A stretch of 64,000 nt of DNA from NCBI RefSeq assembly GCF_963921235.1, contig NC_086097.1:87484001-87548000 (forward strand), written 5' to 3'. The DNA comes from Mobula hypostoma (Eukaryota). Within the stretch, counting starts at the first letter, position 1, and each line of letters opens with the position of its first letter. The position numbers and the translations under genes are program-made. Below are positions 26,520-40,952 of this stretch, piece after piece. The notes under the pieces were generated by a model. The model was not told the origin of the DNA and made no database searches. It saw nothing but the letters and a program-made list of their open reading frames with translations.

Positions 26520-28200
26520 TAAGATAAGACCTTAAGACATGGGAGCAGAATTTAGGCCAAGTGGCCCATCAAGTCTGCTGTGCTTTTGCATCATGGCTGA
26601 TTTATTATCCCTCTCAACCCCACTGCCCTACCTACTTCCCGTAGCCTTTGTTGCCCCGACTAATCAAGAGCCTATCAACATCTGCTTTAAATCTACTCAA
26701 TGACCTGTCCTCCACAGCCTCTTGTGGCAATGTTTTCCACAGATTCACAGCCCTTTGGCTGAAGGAATTCCTCCTCGTCTCTGCTCTAAATAGATGTCTC
26801 TCTATTCTGAGACCCTCTAGTCCTAGACTCGCCCAGTACAGGTAATATCCTCTCCACATCCATTCCATCTAGGCCTTTCAATATTTGATGGGTTTGATCA
26901 CCCCTCATCCTTCCTATCTCCAGTGAGTAAAGGCCAAAAGCCAGCAAATGCTCCCCGTACATTAACCCTTTCATTCCTGGAGTCATTCTCGTGTACCTTC
27001 TCTGGACGGTCTCCAATGCTATCACATCTTTTCTTAGATAAGGGTGCCAAAACTGCTCCAAATGCAGTCTGAACAATGTCTTCTAAAGCCTCAGCCAACA
27101 CATCCTTCCTCTTGTATTCCAGTCCTCTTGAAATGAATGCATTTGTATTTGCCGTCCTTACGACTAACTCATCCTGCAAGTCAGCCTTTAGGGAATTCTG
27201 TACAAGGACACCCAAGTCCCTTTTGCATTACTATCTTTGTTTTGAATTTTCTCTCCATTTAAAAAAAGTGTACTCATTTATTCCTTCTACTCCTCCATCT
27301 GCCACTTCTTTGCCCATTCTCTCAATCTGTCCTAGTCTTTCTGCAAACTCCCAGCTTGCTCAACACTAACTGTCCCTCCACCTTTGTATCATCTGCAGAC
27401 TTGGCCACAAAACCATCAATACCATCCTCCAAATCTTTGAGATATAACATGAGGAGAAGGTCCCAACACCGACCCCTGTGGAACACCACTAGTCGAAAGC
27501 AGTCAACCAGAAAAGGTCCTCTTTATTCCTACTCTTTGCTTTCGGCCAGTCAGGAAATATATCCATACTAGTATCTTTCCTGTAATACCATGGACTTTTA
27601 TCTTGTTAAACAGATTCATGAGTGGCATCTTGTCAAAGGCCTACTGAAAATCCAAGAAAAGAACATCTACTGATTCTCCTTTGTCAATTCTACCTGTTAT
27701 TTCCTCAAGGAATTCCAACAGGTTTGTTGGGCAACATTTCCCCTTTAGGAATCTATGCTGACTTTAGCCTACTTTATAATGCCTCCAAATACCCTCAAAC
27801 CCTCTCCTTGATAATGGACTCCGATATTTTCCCAATTACTGAAGCCAGACCCACTGGCCGATAATTTCCTTTCTTCTGCCTCCGTACTTCTCAAATAGTG
27901 GAGTGACATTTGCAATTTTCCAATTCACTAGACGCCAGAATCTAGTGATTCTTGAAAGATCATTACTAATGCCTTCACAATCTCCTCAGATACCTCTTTC
28001 AGAACCTGGTCTGTAGCCACCTGCTCTAGGTAACTTATTTGCCTGCAGATCTTGCAGTTTCCCAAGCGTCATCTTAGTAATAGCAACCACACTCACCTCT
28101 GCCCCCCTACCGCTCCCAAATTTCTGGCATTCTGCTCAGTGATGACTGACACAAAATACATCCACCATTTCTTTGTCCCCCATTACTAACTCTCTAGCGT
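26520..28200 (-). mobile_element. CR1 LINE, decayed RT
   Basis: HLEQFWHPYLRKDVIALETVQRRYTRM, FSQRAVNLW; similar to 18740-20410. Confidence 0.85.
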
Positions 28201-30794
28201 AATTTTCCGCTAAATGTTTTCGACTATCAGTCAGCAAACCAACTACAGAAGTTACCTAGAGGCACAGTTCTATACTTTCCTATACTGAAGAGTTGGGGTT
28301 AAAGTGAGTAAGTTGTGTGCATGCAATGTTGACGCCAGAATCGTGGCAATACTTGCAGGCTGCCCCCACTACAATTGTTGATTATTCGATTAGGCGAAAC
28401 AATGCATTTCTTCGTATCTTTCAATGTACATGTGACAAATAAAGCTTTATCTTTTCTTTGCACACTAGAATGTCAGGTTTAATTGATATTGGGTGTTGCA
28501 ATTTCTCATTTTGATGAATAACTCTATGTATGCTGCAGGATGAAGAAAAATTGGTCAATATTCTTAATTTATTACTCAACAAGGAAGATAATATTTCAAA
28601 GTGTTTGGAGTATGCTGCAGTGTAGGGGTTATCGAGATTCTTTATCTGAAGACTAATATTAATATTAGTCTTGGAGTAATCTCCCTGATTGTCTCCTTTA
28701 TAATTCTATTGTGGAGGTATCTTTGTAGGAGGGGTGGGAAATGTATTTGAGGATGTTTGATATTTATTATGGCTCTCTCCTAATTAAACAGTTTTTATAT
28801 TCTGAAATAAACAATTTGGCCCAATGGCCTATCCCAGTATTCATTGTGATCATGGCTGATCATTTTACTATCCTGTTCCTGCCTCCTTTCACCTCCTTAT
28901 TGGTTTCCACTGCTTTGTGTAGTAGTGATTTCTACAGGTCCACATTCCTTGTAGTTAAAATATTTCTCATGTGTGTTTGAAATGGCCTACCCTGTATCCA
29001 AAGGGTACCTGGCTCTGGACTCTTCACTTCCATTTGGTCTGTGCAGATCCCATAATTTTTTTGTGTCTATGAGGTACCCTCTTATTTTCCGAAATGACAA
29101 TGAATTTAGGCTTAATTAGAACATAAGACATGGGAGCAGAATGATCTATTTGGCACATCGAGTGTGCTCTGCCATTTGATAAGGAATGATTTACTTTCCC
29201 TCTCAACTCAGTTCTCCCTTCTTCCTGTGACCATTGACACCCTTCCTGATCAACTTCTGCTTGAAATATACCCAATGACTTATTGCCAGAGACAGCCATG
29301 GAGACTGAATTCCACAGATTCACCACCCACTAGCTAAAGAAATTCCTCCTTGTCTGTTCTAAAGGGACATCTTTCTATTCTGAGTCAGTGCCCTCTGGTC
29401 CTAGACACACTCTCTCTATTGGGGGGAGGGGAGAGAAAACCCTTTCCTCTATCTAGGCATTTCAGTATTTGGTAGGTTTCAAAGACACAGCCTCTCCTTG
29501 TATTTTTGTTCTGGTATTCCACAAGTAAGTCCAGTAAATCTTACTTTCACCATCTCGATGGAAGAACATTCTTATTGAATAAGGAGGCCAAAGCAGCACG
29601 TGCAATTTTCGATTGGCTTACATAGCTGCAGATTGATATCCTGGCTCCAGTGAAGGCCCATGTACCACTTGCCGTCCCAATTATTCACTGCACCTGATGT
29701 TTGCTTTTGGGGATTGCTGGAAAACGGTACCAAGTCTCTTTGCACCTTCTCTTTTTCCAATCTAATCTTATTCACAATGTCTTTCTGATCTTCAGTACTT
29801 GCCTAGTCTGGCCAAATATGACTCTTGATTCACAGTAGTGTGGATACTCTTAATAGCTGTCAGTGAAAGACATACATAGTGATATCCAGTTAATAAATAA
29901 ATTGAAAAGTATCCACGACTGCTTTGTTATAATAGAGTGTGGATAGTGCGAAGGAAAATATTCATTTGAAAATTGTTAATAAAAATTGTGTCACTTGAAC
30001 AAACTGTAGTTTTCCACTTGTTTAGAAATGTTATACTGGCAATACAACAGGAACCTCCAAGTATACCTTAGATTCTGTAATCTTCATTGTGCTTACGTGG
30101 CCTAGAAACTGTTCATTATCTGAGCTCCCCACTGTGAAGGTTTAAGTGGGTCATATCAGACTCTGATATCTGGAGCAAATGCATTTTGGTTTTTATCCAA
30201 TTCTATAGTGTATGAAAAATTTGTGTTTAGGCCATTATATAGGTTATTTGAAAAAAGGAGAACAATTGATAAAAATCATCTTGCTATAATTACTTGAAGT
30301 TGAATTTTGCATAATTTTATCATGTTGTGAAATTAATACTTGTGGTGGAATATGCTGGTACATTAGTGTCTTGGCAGCTTGCATTTGTGCAGGAAGCAAT
30401 TTGTTCTTGGCAGTATAGTTTCAGTGATTGGAAAATCAACGGTGCCTTCCTTTATTGTCATAAGAAAAGATTATAGCTATCTATTTGATCTCCTCATTCC
30501 AAGTCATGATTTATGCCATCTTCTGTTACTTCACCCCTGTTTTTTAAGATTATTGGTAGATGTTCTTCAGGTAATTGTTTATCTTCCATTTTTCAAGTTG
30601 CATTTCGTCATATGGCAAAGTGTTTAACAAGCATGTTAGTAAAGGGGGAAAAATGGCATCACTTGGAACGAATGACCAAAAGCTTGATCGATGAGGTAGA
30701 TTTTAAGAGTTTTTTTTTTGAAATTGGGAGACAGGATAAGCATGGAATAATTAAACTTGTTTGAAAAGATTTTTTGAATGAAAGTAATTAAATA

Positions 30795-31190
30795 CAAAAC
30801 CATGTGAGCATAATTAGGCCATTTGGCCCATTGAGTGTGCTCCACGATTCGACCATGTCTGATTTTATTATCCCTTCCTTCTTGAGAACCTATCAATCTC
30901 TGCTTTAAATATACTCAATGACTTGGCCTCCTCAGCTGTCTGTGGCATTGAATTCCACAGATTTATCACCCTGTGGCTGAAGAAATTCCTTCCCATCTCA
31001 GTTCTAAAGGAATGTCCTTGTATTCTGAGGCCGTGCTCTCAGGCTCTACATTCCTGCACTATTAGAAGCATCCTCTCCATGTCCACTCAATCTAGGGCGT
31101 TCAATATTCATTAGGTTTCAATGAGATAGCCATTCACTGTTTTAAACTTCATTGAGTACAGGCTCAGACCCATCAAGCACTCCTCATATA
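30795..31190 (-). mobile_element. CR1 3' fragment
   Basis: aattccacagatttatcaccctgtggctgaagaaattcc and the CR1 3' end, shared with other copies (also ~29120-29480). Confidence 0.7.
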
Positions 31191-34100
31191 CTGTGCACTA
31201 TAAATTAGCTGGAGAAGGATACAAAAATAGTCAGTGCAGATTTCACAAGCAATAGAAATGTTTAGCAAGCTTTATTGGATCCTTTAGACGTGGTAATAGA
31301 AAAGGTTGGAGTAAAGTAGTGAATGTGATCTGCATTGACCTTGAAACCCCTTTGATAAAATGTGCATTAGGGACTCCATTCTGAAGATCAGCATTTTTAG
31401 ATTCAGAAGTTTATTTGCAGAACATATTGTGAATTAACTACATAATGGAAAACACAGTAATAGTTGTGAAGAGTCATTCAAATTGACAGAAGTGGTATTC
31501 TACCGGAAATGTTGTTGGAATCATGGTTGTTCACAAGTTAGATGAAGGATTTGGGTATTTCTGAAATTAAATTTGAATTTTAAGGGTATGGTTAATATTG
31601 AGGGAATTGTGCCAAAATATGAGAAAACGTTAGTTACCATGCAGAATAGGTGTGTGAAAAACAAATGTGTTTCAATATAGATTTGTGTGATGTGCTTTTT
31701 TCTTGGGAAGAATAAGTAGGCCATGCTGTTCTTGGTTAATAAAAGCTTAAATAGCATAGTTGTACATTAAAATAGAAATGTAGTAACATATGAGGCCATG
31801 TTAAAGCTGCAACAGCTTTGGTTCTTATTCATTGGAAGAAACTTCAAAAGTAGAAGTTGTGTTCATCTCTAATGGTTCCCTGTTTAGGATACATTTTACG
31901 TTCTGGTATCTATTTCTAAAAAAATATGAAGGCACTGGGGAAAGGACAAATAAAAGTACAAAGTAATAATAACAGAACTTTAGAAATTAGTGTATTGAAT
32001 AGCAACCTGATTTCTTGCAGGTCTTAAGAACTGTAAACATTGTAAAAAAAAAACTAGACAGTGTTTTCTGGTATTTTTGGGGGCGAAGGTTATGATAACC
32101 AAGGAGTGTAAAAGAAAAAAAGAAATCAGTAAAATCAGGAGGTTCATGAGAAACTCCCTGACCCAGAGTGAAGCACTTGCGAAACTTGCTTTCTTGAGCA
32201 CAAGCTGAAGTACAGTACAGTACATAGTATTTATTAATGTCTTTTAAGGGGAATGAGATTATGATGGAGGGAGGAAAAAAAGCTGATAAGGCTTTTTTCA
32301 GTGTACTCCGTCCAATCCTGTGTGGACTATAAACACTGGTCTGTCCCTGCACAGCCACATAACTCCACTTTAATACTGATTTTCTTACAATATTCTTTAA
32401 TTGATAGTACTTTAATTCTGTGCTTCAGGTAGGATTTACATTTTTTACTTTTCATAAATTTTTTATTATGCATTCATACTGCTGTTGTGGGAAGTCATAA
32501 CATCATCTCTGAAATTCTTGTGATTTGACTGAAAATCATCTTTTGATTTGAGTTTAACTTGAATAATATAAAATACTGAATTTGTAGCATAGAAACTGTG
32601 TGGGCATTTGACCCAGTAGTTCTACGCCTTCGTTGATATTCAAGTGACCTTCATCCACCTTGCTTAACCCCAACGATATGTCCTGTTTTTCTTAGCCCTT
32701 ACTGCATTTTTAGCTTCTCTTTAAAAGCATCTTTGCCTCAAATGTATCTTCTGGTTGTAAGTGGTACCCAATTATCATCACCGTTGTTGAAACCTATATT
32801 TTAGTAGCTTATTCTAGAACCACTGAAAAGAATTTTATTTTTAGTGTGGATGAAATGTTTGTTAAATGACACTGTAATTTAATTCTTCAGTCGTTGCTGG
32901 GGAGAAACAATCCTTTGCTTTCCTGCAGTATGACGCAAAATATACCCAGTGGATTAATGAAGTGCATATGTATAGAAATAAGAATGGATGGACATTTACC
33001 TAGGTGACAGTCAACATAATGTGGATGTATTTGTGACGTTAAATATCGTTATGCTCTTTGCATTATCCCTGTAATTCCTTTCTAATATTGCAACACTGAT
33101 ATACATGTGTCAAACAGCATATTTTAAGGTAGTTTCAGGGAATTAATTACTAGCAAAATATTAGCTTCAGGGCTGAATATCTATTTATACATTTAATATT
33201 CATATGAATAAATGATCTTATTAAATAAGGTAATATTTTTCCAGCAAATCAATTTTTTTTTGTGCAGCAAACAAAACTTGCTCATGCTACAGTACTGGTG
33301 CATGGTGAAATTTTAAGTGTCCTGCTTAGGCATCAGCATCAATGAGTGTGCGAGTTGTCCCCATGGAAACCAAATTGCATGCTTGCACAACCACTTCACA
33401 CTGCATTTTTGACTGAAACTGCGTGTTTAACATATGTCTGATGAAAGAAAAGCCAAGGCGGTTAACCCCTGTTGGCATGTGGGTCAGGTAATGGTAGACT
33501 CTGAGCTCTGTATATTTGCACATTCTTTTAAGACCTTGATAAAGTGTAGCCTGTGCCTGGGTGCAATGAGATTTGTGAAACAGTAAGTTATACAAATTGG
33601 GAGCAGGATCTGGAACCAGTCACATGACCCTACTCGGCCATTTAAGAAGATTGGCGCTGGTCTGTTTGCAACCTCAACTCCATGTTCTTCTCTAGCACTT
33701 GTAATCTTTCACTTTTTTGCATATTAAGTGTCCATCCATACGCCTTCAAAATTTTCAAAAACCCTGCTTCTACTACCTAAAGCCTCATGACCCAGTAAAA
33801 GGGAAAAACATGGTCTCATCTGTCTAAAATGGGTGAACTCCCCTTCAGTTTGAAATTATCTCAAGATAAATGCCCTCTCAAGACACTCAAGATTTTGTGC
33901 TTCACTTTAGTCAATCTAGTCCCGTCTTAGTCTCGTACACTCACAGATCCAAAATTGGTTTCTTCAGCCTGTTCTGTGAGGCAGCTAGCCCATTGCAAAT
34001 GTTAATTGAGTCAGTCTCTGAAATAAACCAGACAAGGGATGGATCCAGATAAAATTACAGTGCTTGGACAGAGACTGGAAAGGTTTAGCAGGATATGTGC

Positions 34101-34439
34101 TGGACTCTGGCAAATGGGGTTAGGGTGGATAGGCACTTGCTTGGCATCGAAGTTGGGCTGATGGGCACTATTTCCATGTTGTGTAATTTAGTAAATCTAT
34201 GGATTATGCCAATGCATTTGTGAGCCTTTAACTAAGACTTCCAAAGTGTTCTTGCAAAATCCTAGGTAACGGAAACAATCTTTTTACCTTGTGTATTCAA
34301 TTTCTTAGTAATAAATAACATTGTTAGCTTTCCTAATTACTTTTATATTTAATGCTAGCTTGTTTGAATCATGCGCAAGGAAGCACATACCTCTTTGGAT
34401 ATGGGAGGTCTGCAATCTCCCATTATTTAGGCAATAATA

Positions 34440-34646
34440 CAGGTCCTGTAAGTTATGACAATGTATTTAAATAAAACCATAGACCAATCAAAGGCAACGG
34501 GTAGTTAAACCAGACTTCATATTTTGTTATGAAATGAACTTGCACATGGCAGAAGGTGCCTATAGCACAACAGCCACAAGAAAATCCATCAGTGTTTTCC
34601 CAAACACTTGTTTGTATATATGTGTTTGTTACCTGGGGAGGACCTG
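34440..34646. mobile_element. Degenerate Tigger-like MITE inserted in a CR1 fragment
   Basis: Ends CAGGTCCT...AGGACCTG, TA on the left. Confidence 0.35.
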
Positions 34647-36171
34647 TGTTGGGTTTGATTTCGAAAAGTAGATAACTTCACATTATCTCACATTATAGCT
34701 TCATTTGTCATATCTTTTTCTACTCACTTCACCCGTCTGTAATGGCTTTTAGCTGCCTTGGGTCCTCTTCGCAATTTTTGTTCCTGGTTTTTGGAATTTT
34801 TTTTTTATTGTCATGTATACCAAGAAACAGTGAAAAGCTTTTGTTTGTGTGCCATCCAATATTTAATTCTATGTGCAAGTGTATTGTAGTGGTAAACAGA
34901 ATGCAGAATATAGTGCTGTAGTTACAGAGAGTGTGGTGCAGGTAGACAAATAAAGTGTGAGGTTGGGGGATCTAGAGTTTATCTTGTGCAGGAGAGGTCC
35001 ATTTAAAAGCCTGATAATAGTGGGATAGAAGTTATCCTTGAGCTGGGTGGTATGTACTGTCAAGCTTTATTTTCATGTGGTCTTGGGCAGAGCAGTTGTC
35101 AAACCAAGCTGTGATACACTTGGAGAGGTTGCATTCTACGATGCATGCACATAAAGAAACTAAGGGTCATCATAGTTATTTTTATATCATCAAATTTAAA
35201 AACCATATCAAATTACCTAAACAAATTGTAAAAAATTAAGATTTCAGTTCTGATCTCTCTGGCACAACACTTACCCACTAGATAAAAAGACGGATTACGT
35301 GCTTTCTCTGTTTCCTATGTTAACCAATCTTCTACCGAGCACTATATCATTATACTGTGAGGTCTTTTTTTCTGCAATAAATTTTGATGTGCCACCTTAG
35401 TGAAGTATTATGCATCCGTTGGTTCCCGTGTGCTAGTTCAAGGAATTACAAAAATTTGCTCATTTATTATTTAACATTCGCAAAACCATCTTAATTTTCA
35501 CTGAACATCTTGAATTTTTTGATTTGCTCTGCTATTACTTCGTAAGTAGTTCTTCCAGATCGAAGATTATTTAATTTTAGACTGTTTTGTTGGTTGTAGA
35601 TATGATATGGAAATACAGATTCTTCAAGTGATGAGGTAAGTAGTGACTGACAGCATAAGTGTCTGTATCCTCTCCAAATGGATTAATTCAAGATACTACA
35701 TCCAAAATGCTACATCTCCACTTTTGATTGGTAATGAGCCAACGATTCTCTTGAGTCGGTGGGTACAATGGTATTTCTTCAAGAAACTCTTGATTGTATC
35801 CTTCAATATTTCACTCTGTTTACCTGGCCATCTCTTTCCATGAAGGAGCTTGGAAGAGCATCTATTTAGGAGTCTGGTGTTGGGTGATGATGTTGTCTGA
35901 GAAGGTGCCTGAGTGTAACTTGGGTCTTAATATTGAGGACGTTGACTTTGGAGATGATCCTGATATTGGCTTGCTCATGTTTTTTTTTCCATTGAGGTTG
36001 AAGGATGTTATGGATGCTGTGTTGGTGGCATTTTTCTTTGCCTTAGGATGCTTGCTGCAGATGGTTCAGGACTTGGAACTACATGGAACAGGGATCACTG
36101 TTGCCTGAGGACCAGGAACTTTATGTTTGAGGTTCAAATAACTCAGAATCAGATGTGTTATTACTGACATA

Positions 36172-36630
36172 CCTGTTGTAGCCCATTCCCTTCAAGGTTT
36201 AAAATGCTGTGCATTCAGAGATACTCTTCTGCACACCACTGTTATGACGTGATTATCACCTTCCTGTCAACTTGAACCACTCTGGTATTCTCTTCTGACT
36301 GCTCTCATTAGAAGACATTTTCACTCACTGGAGGTTTTTTTTTCTGTTTTCACACCATTCTCTGTAAACTCTAGAGACTGTTGTGCATGAAAATCCCAGG
36401 TGATCAGCAGTTTCTGAGATACTCAAATGATTCCACCTGGCACCAACAGTCGTTCCACAGTCAGCATTACTTACATCACATTTCCTCCCCATTCTGAATT
36501 TTGGTTAGAACAACAACTGGAACCCTTGACCATGTCTGCATGCTTTTATGCACTAAATTGTTGCCACATGATTGATTAATTAGATATTACATTAATGAAC
36601 TGGTATGCCTAATAAAGTGGCCATTGAATG
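36172..36630 (-). mobile_element. Tc1-like DNA transposon 5' end with transposase N-terminus
   Basis: TIR (ta)cattcaatggccactttattaggcatacc; from 36492 MGRKCDVSNADCGTTVGARWNHLSISETADHLGFSCTTVSRVYREWCEN. Confidence 0.85.
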
Positions 36631-36689
36631 TATAGAAACAGAGAAAACTGACAGCACAATACAGGCTGTTCAGCCCACAATGCTCTGTG

Positions 36690-37730
36690 TTGTGAAATTT
36701 ATGGTAGCAGTACAATGCAATACACAAGAAATTCCTTATGTTACAAAAAAATATATTGTGCAAAAAGTGATGGTCCATTTGGAAATCTGATGGCAGAGAG
36801 GAAAAAGCTGTTCCTAAAACGTTTTCAGTCTTCTGTATCTCCTTCTGGATGGTACCATTGAGAGCATATCCTGGTCGGTGAGGATTGTTTAATGATGGAT
36901 GGTGCCCCCTTAAGGCATCATCTGTTGAATTTGTCCTGAATGGTGGGGAGGCTAGTGACCATGATGAAGCTGGCTGAGTTTATTCCAATCCTGTGCATTG
37001 TTGCCTCCGTACCAAGCAGTGATAAGTGTGTAGGAATTTGCTTGAATTGTTAGTGACATACCAAATCTTCTCAAAATCCTGATGAAATATATTCACTGGC
37101 TTGCCTTGTTCCTAATTGCAACAATATGTTGGGCAGTATAGATCCTGGGAGATTTTGATACCAAGGAATTTGAGACTGCTCACCCTTTCCAATGCTGACC
37201 CTTTGACAACTAGTATGTGTTCTGGATTCCCCTTCCTAGGCATTACTGACATTGAGTGCAAGGTTGTTGTGACACCACTCGACCAATTGATCTCTCTCCT
37301 CCATGCCCCCTTGTCACCATTTGAGATTTTGCCAACAACAGTTGTGACAACTGCAAATTTATTGATGGCATTTCAACTGTGCCTAGCAACATGGTCATAA
37401 ATGTAGAGAGTAGACCAGTGGGTTAGCACACATCCTTAAGGTGCTCCTGTGTTGATTGTCAGTGAGGAAGAAGTGTTATTTCCGATCTGGTCTGACGATG
37501 GTCTCACGATGTGGAAGTCAAGGATCCAGTTGCAGAGGTAGGTATGGTGGTCCAGGCTTGCTGATTATTACTGAGGGGATGATGGTGTTGGAACTCTGAA
37601 CTGCAATCAGTAAACAACAGCCTGACGTGCATATTGTTTCCGTCTTGTGGTCCAAGCCAAGTGGAGAGCCAGTGAGATTTCATTCGTAGTAGACAAATTG
37701 CAGTGAGTCCAGGTCTTTGCTTAGGTAGGG
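36690..37730 (-). mobile_element. Rex1/Babar-like LINE fragment
   Basis: Decayed RT (WILDF, TGAP, KFAVVTTVVG-like) on the minus strand. Confidence 0.6.
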
Positions 37731-39133
37731 GTTAAATCTTCATTCAACCAATATCTGTGCTGGTATATTAAAGTCCATGGTGATTGCATCATTGATTACT
37801 ACTTTTGGTGAGAGTGACTCACAGGATATTAGAGGATGTCTCTATTTTCCAAATTCTTACTGTGAACTTTCATTGTTAATGGGCAGTGTGGTGTAGCAAA
37901 AATACTCTTCCATAACAATTTTCCTTTGACAGATGATAAGCTAGAGTTTTTATTGTCTTTATGGCTTCCTTTCTGAAAAAGGACAATAAAATACATTTTC
38001 AATCAAATTGAACATTCCCTAATATTATCTAGGGAATTTTCTCAATATTTTGAGACTTGTCACTTCCAACAATTGGCTCAGTTTCATTTACCTGCAACTG
38101 TAATTTGCAACAGTTGCTCATTCCCAACTGTTCTGATTTCTGATTGGCAGTCATTTCTGGGATGTTTTCGATAAATTCTGTATTTAAGACTGCACAATAT
38201 CAGTTTAATTCACTTGTCCTTAAGTTTTCCATTACTAATTCCTCAAACTCATTTTCTAAAGGAGCTGTATTAGTTGTATAATCATTGAAGTTTTATTTCT
38301 GAAAATGTTTATTTTTGTGGCAAAGAAATTCAGATTTAATGATTTGGTTGACAGTTAATTTTGTGGTGTTTATTTGTTTGCTATTTTGGAAATATGAGTT
38401 GCATTCAATGGTACAGTTTTAATTTAGTAGATAAAATTCCTCATAGTATCAGAGGTTAATCAAAATTTACATTAATATCTCACAAATAGCAATGTGATGA
38501 GGGTCAACTTTTTAAAAATTATAAACCTATTGATCAGTGGGTTAATAATGTACAGGATACAAAAAAAGTGTTCTTGGATATTCTTTCGTCAATGTTTTTG
38601 GATGTTTTGCTTCAGCATTAGAGAGGTTTGAAGTTTGATTCTCCAACATTGATGCACTAAATCAGTAGTGCATTGACATTTGAACTTCGAGTTTCTTGCA
38701 CACAAACTTCGGAATCCAAATCCACTGCTTTGATAAAGATGTTCTCTCTATCTCCACCAACAGAACCATCTTTCTCCAACTACCCCACTGCAGCCATCTC
38801 TCCCCTCCCCACTCCACGCCACCCCTGCTCATCTCAGCATGAACAAACAACGGGATGATTCAACAGAGGCATCCAGGGAGATATGGCAACTAAATGAGAC
38901 TCCTTGAGCTAATAGAGTTGTAGAGCACCACATCACACATACAGGCCCTTCAGCCTGTCTAGTCAGTGCCAAGCTATTATTCTGCCAAGTTTCATCAACC
39001 TGCACCTGGAGGATAGCCCTCCATACCCCTTCCATCCATGTACTTACCCAAACTTCTCTTAAATGTTGAAATCGAACCGGTATTTTTTTCGTATCACCCT
39101 CTGAGTGAAGAAGTTCTTCCTCAAGTTCCTCTT

Positions 39134-39445
39134 TTTGGCGTGTGCCTTTGTGCGAGTCTGTGCGTCTTTGTGTGTGTGCGTCTGCGTGTCCGTGATGTCT
39201 TTTTCATGGCTTTTACAAGGCGCGGAGCGAGAGAGAGAGACTGTGTGGCGCGCCACTCCCCACACAGACATTTTCGCAGTATTTTTCTTTTTTTTAAAAA
39301 AACATTTTTATGAAGTTGAGTTGTGATCTCGACACTCAACCTGGCACGGATGGAAAGCGTACTCGGGAGCAGACCCAACTGGTTTCGAACCCGGGAACCT
39401 ACGCTCCCGGGTCCAGCGCCGATGTGGTTGCGCCATCAGCCGGCC
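39134..39445 (-). mobile_element. Young tRNA-derived SINE
   Basis: Head ggccggctgatggcgcaac...gggttcgaaacc (A/B boxes); perfect 15-bp TSD CCTCAAGTTCCTCTT (39119-39133 and 39446-39460); inserted in a CR1 3' fragment. Confidence 0.88.
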
Positions 39446-40853
39446 CCTCAAGTTCCTCTTAACTATTTCATCTTTCACCCTTAACCTATGTCCTTTAGTT
39501 CTAGTATTACCCAACCTCAGTGGAAAAGGCCAGCTTGTATTTACCCTACATATACCCCTCATAATTTTGTATACCTGTAATAAATCTCCCCCTCCTCCCC
39601 CATTCTCCTATGCTCCAGGAAGTAATATCCTAGCCGATTCAACCTTCACCTATAACTCAGGTTGTCAAGTCTCAGCCAGATTCTTCTCTTGTGATTACAT
39701 CCCTTCATTTGAGACTCTTCCCACTACTGAAAACATCTCAACAGCTACTTTGGCATGTCCCCTCAGGAAATCAAAGTAATTCTGCAATGTGCTAATTAAC
39801 AATATACCACCTTGCATTTTCCTCCATTTTAAAAAAAAAGCAATGTATATAAATAATCTGCTGGATAAGCAGCATCTGTGGGAGGAAAGGAACTGTTGAT
39901 GTTTTGGGTCGGAACACTGCATTGGGATTTGCCTCAAGAAGGAACACTTGTCAATGTAAGTTGAAATCCTGAGGTAAAATGTGATAAAGACTAACCAAGG
40001 TAGGGCGAAGTTAAGTTTGAGAAGAGATTTGCTGTGAGTTATCTTAATGAGAGGGGTGGAGAAAATCATTAAATTTTAAGGACGGAATTGCAGGGATTAG
40101 TTGGAAATGGATGGCTCTGAGCTGTGACCTCTGTCGAGGTCATGGCCCAGATTTAGATTTTTTTGTTAAGTTTAGAGGGATGCACTTGAACGCAGAGAGT
40201 GGAGTTGTAGGTTAGATTGAGGTTTAGGGACAGGGACGTGGGAGGAATTAGAGGTCAGGTGGAAGTCTAATCCTCTTCCACATTTGATGGTCAATGACGC
40301 ATTTGTGGGACATCTGTGGTCGAGTGTCAGGATGGCTGACCAGCAGGGACAAGGGTTGTGGTTGCCCTCTCTAACCACCCATAGGGTCAGCGAATTGTCG
40401 GTGGGTTTTGGAGTTAGAATTCCATGTGGGCAAGGGGAATCGGGTGCATGACACCCTGAGTTTGCAGATTGGAGAGATCGGAGTTCAAGGCTTAATGTTT
40501 GGGGTCCCATCATCAGCAAGACTGGATTTCGTGGTCTAGTGTTTTGGTGATCAGCGGGTCCTGAGTTTGATGCTGAGGATCAAGATCAAGGATTGAATCA
40601 GATGTCAGGGTCCATGGACTGGAGCATGAGTCTGTGAATCTCTGCGAGCCTTCTGGAGATATTGAGGGCCCATTGCTGACGAGTCTGAGTCTGAGTCCAA
40701 GTCCGCTGGAGGCTGTAGACAGCCTGTCCTGGAGTTGAAGAACTGTGTATGCACTGATGTTAATTCTTAATTTGAGGTTTAATCTTACAGATTAGGAAAA
40801 CCTTGTTATATACTACCCATGTTGGTGATTTATAGGATAAATTGCATAGCTAA

Positions 40854-40952
40854 CAGTCTTGATGAAGGGTCTTGGCCTGAGGTTTCGACTGTTTACTCTT
40901 TCATAGATGCTGCCAGGCCTGTCGAGTTCCTCTAGCATTTTGTGTGTGTTGC
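40854..40952 (+). mobile_element. Isolated PLE terminus beginning with a decayed hammerhead motif
   Basis: CAGTC-TTGATGA-AGGGTCTTGGCCT-GAGGTTTC-GACTG followed by ...gagttcctctagcattttgtgtgtgttgc. Confidence 0.65.
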
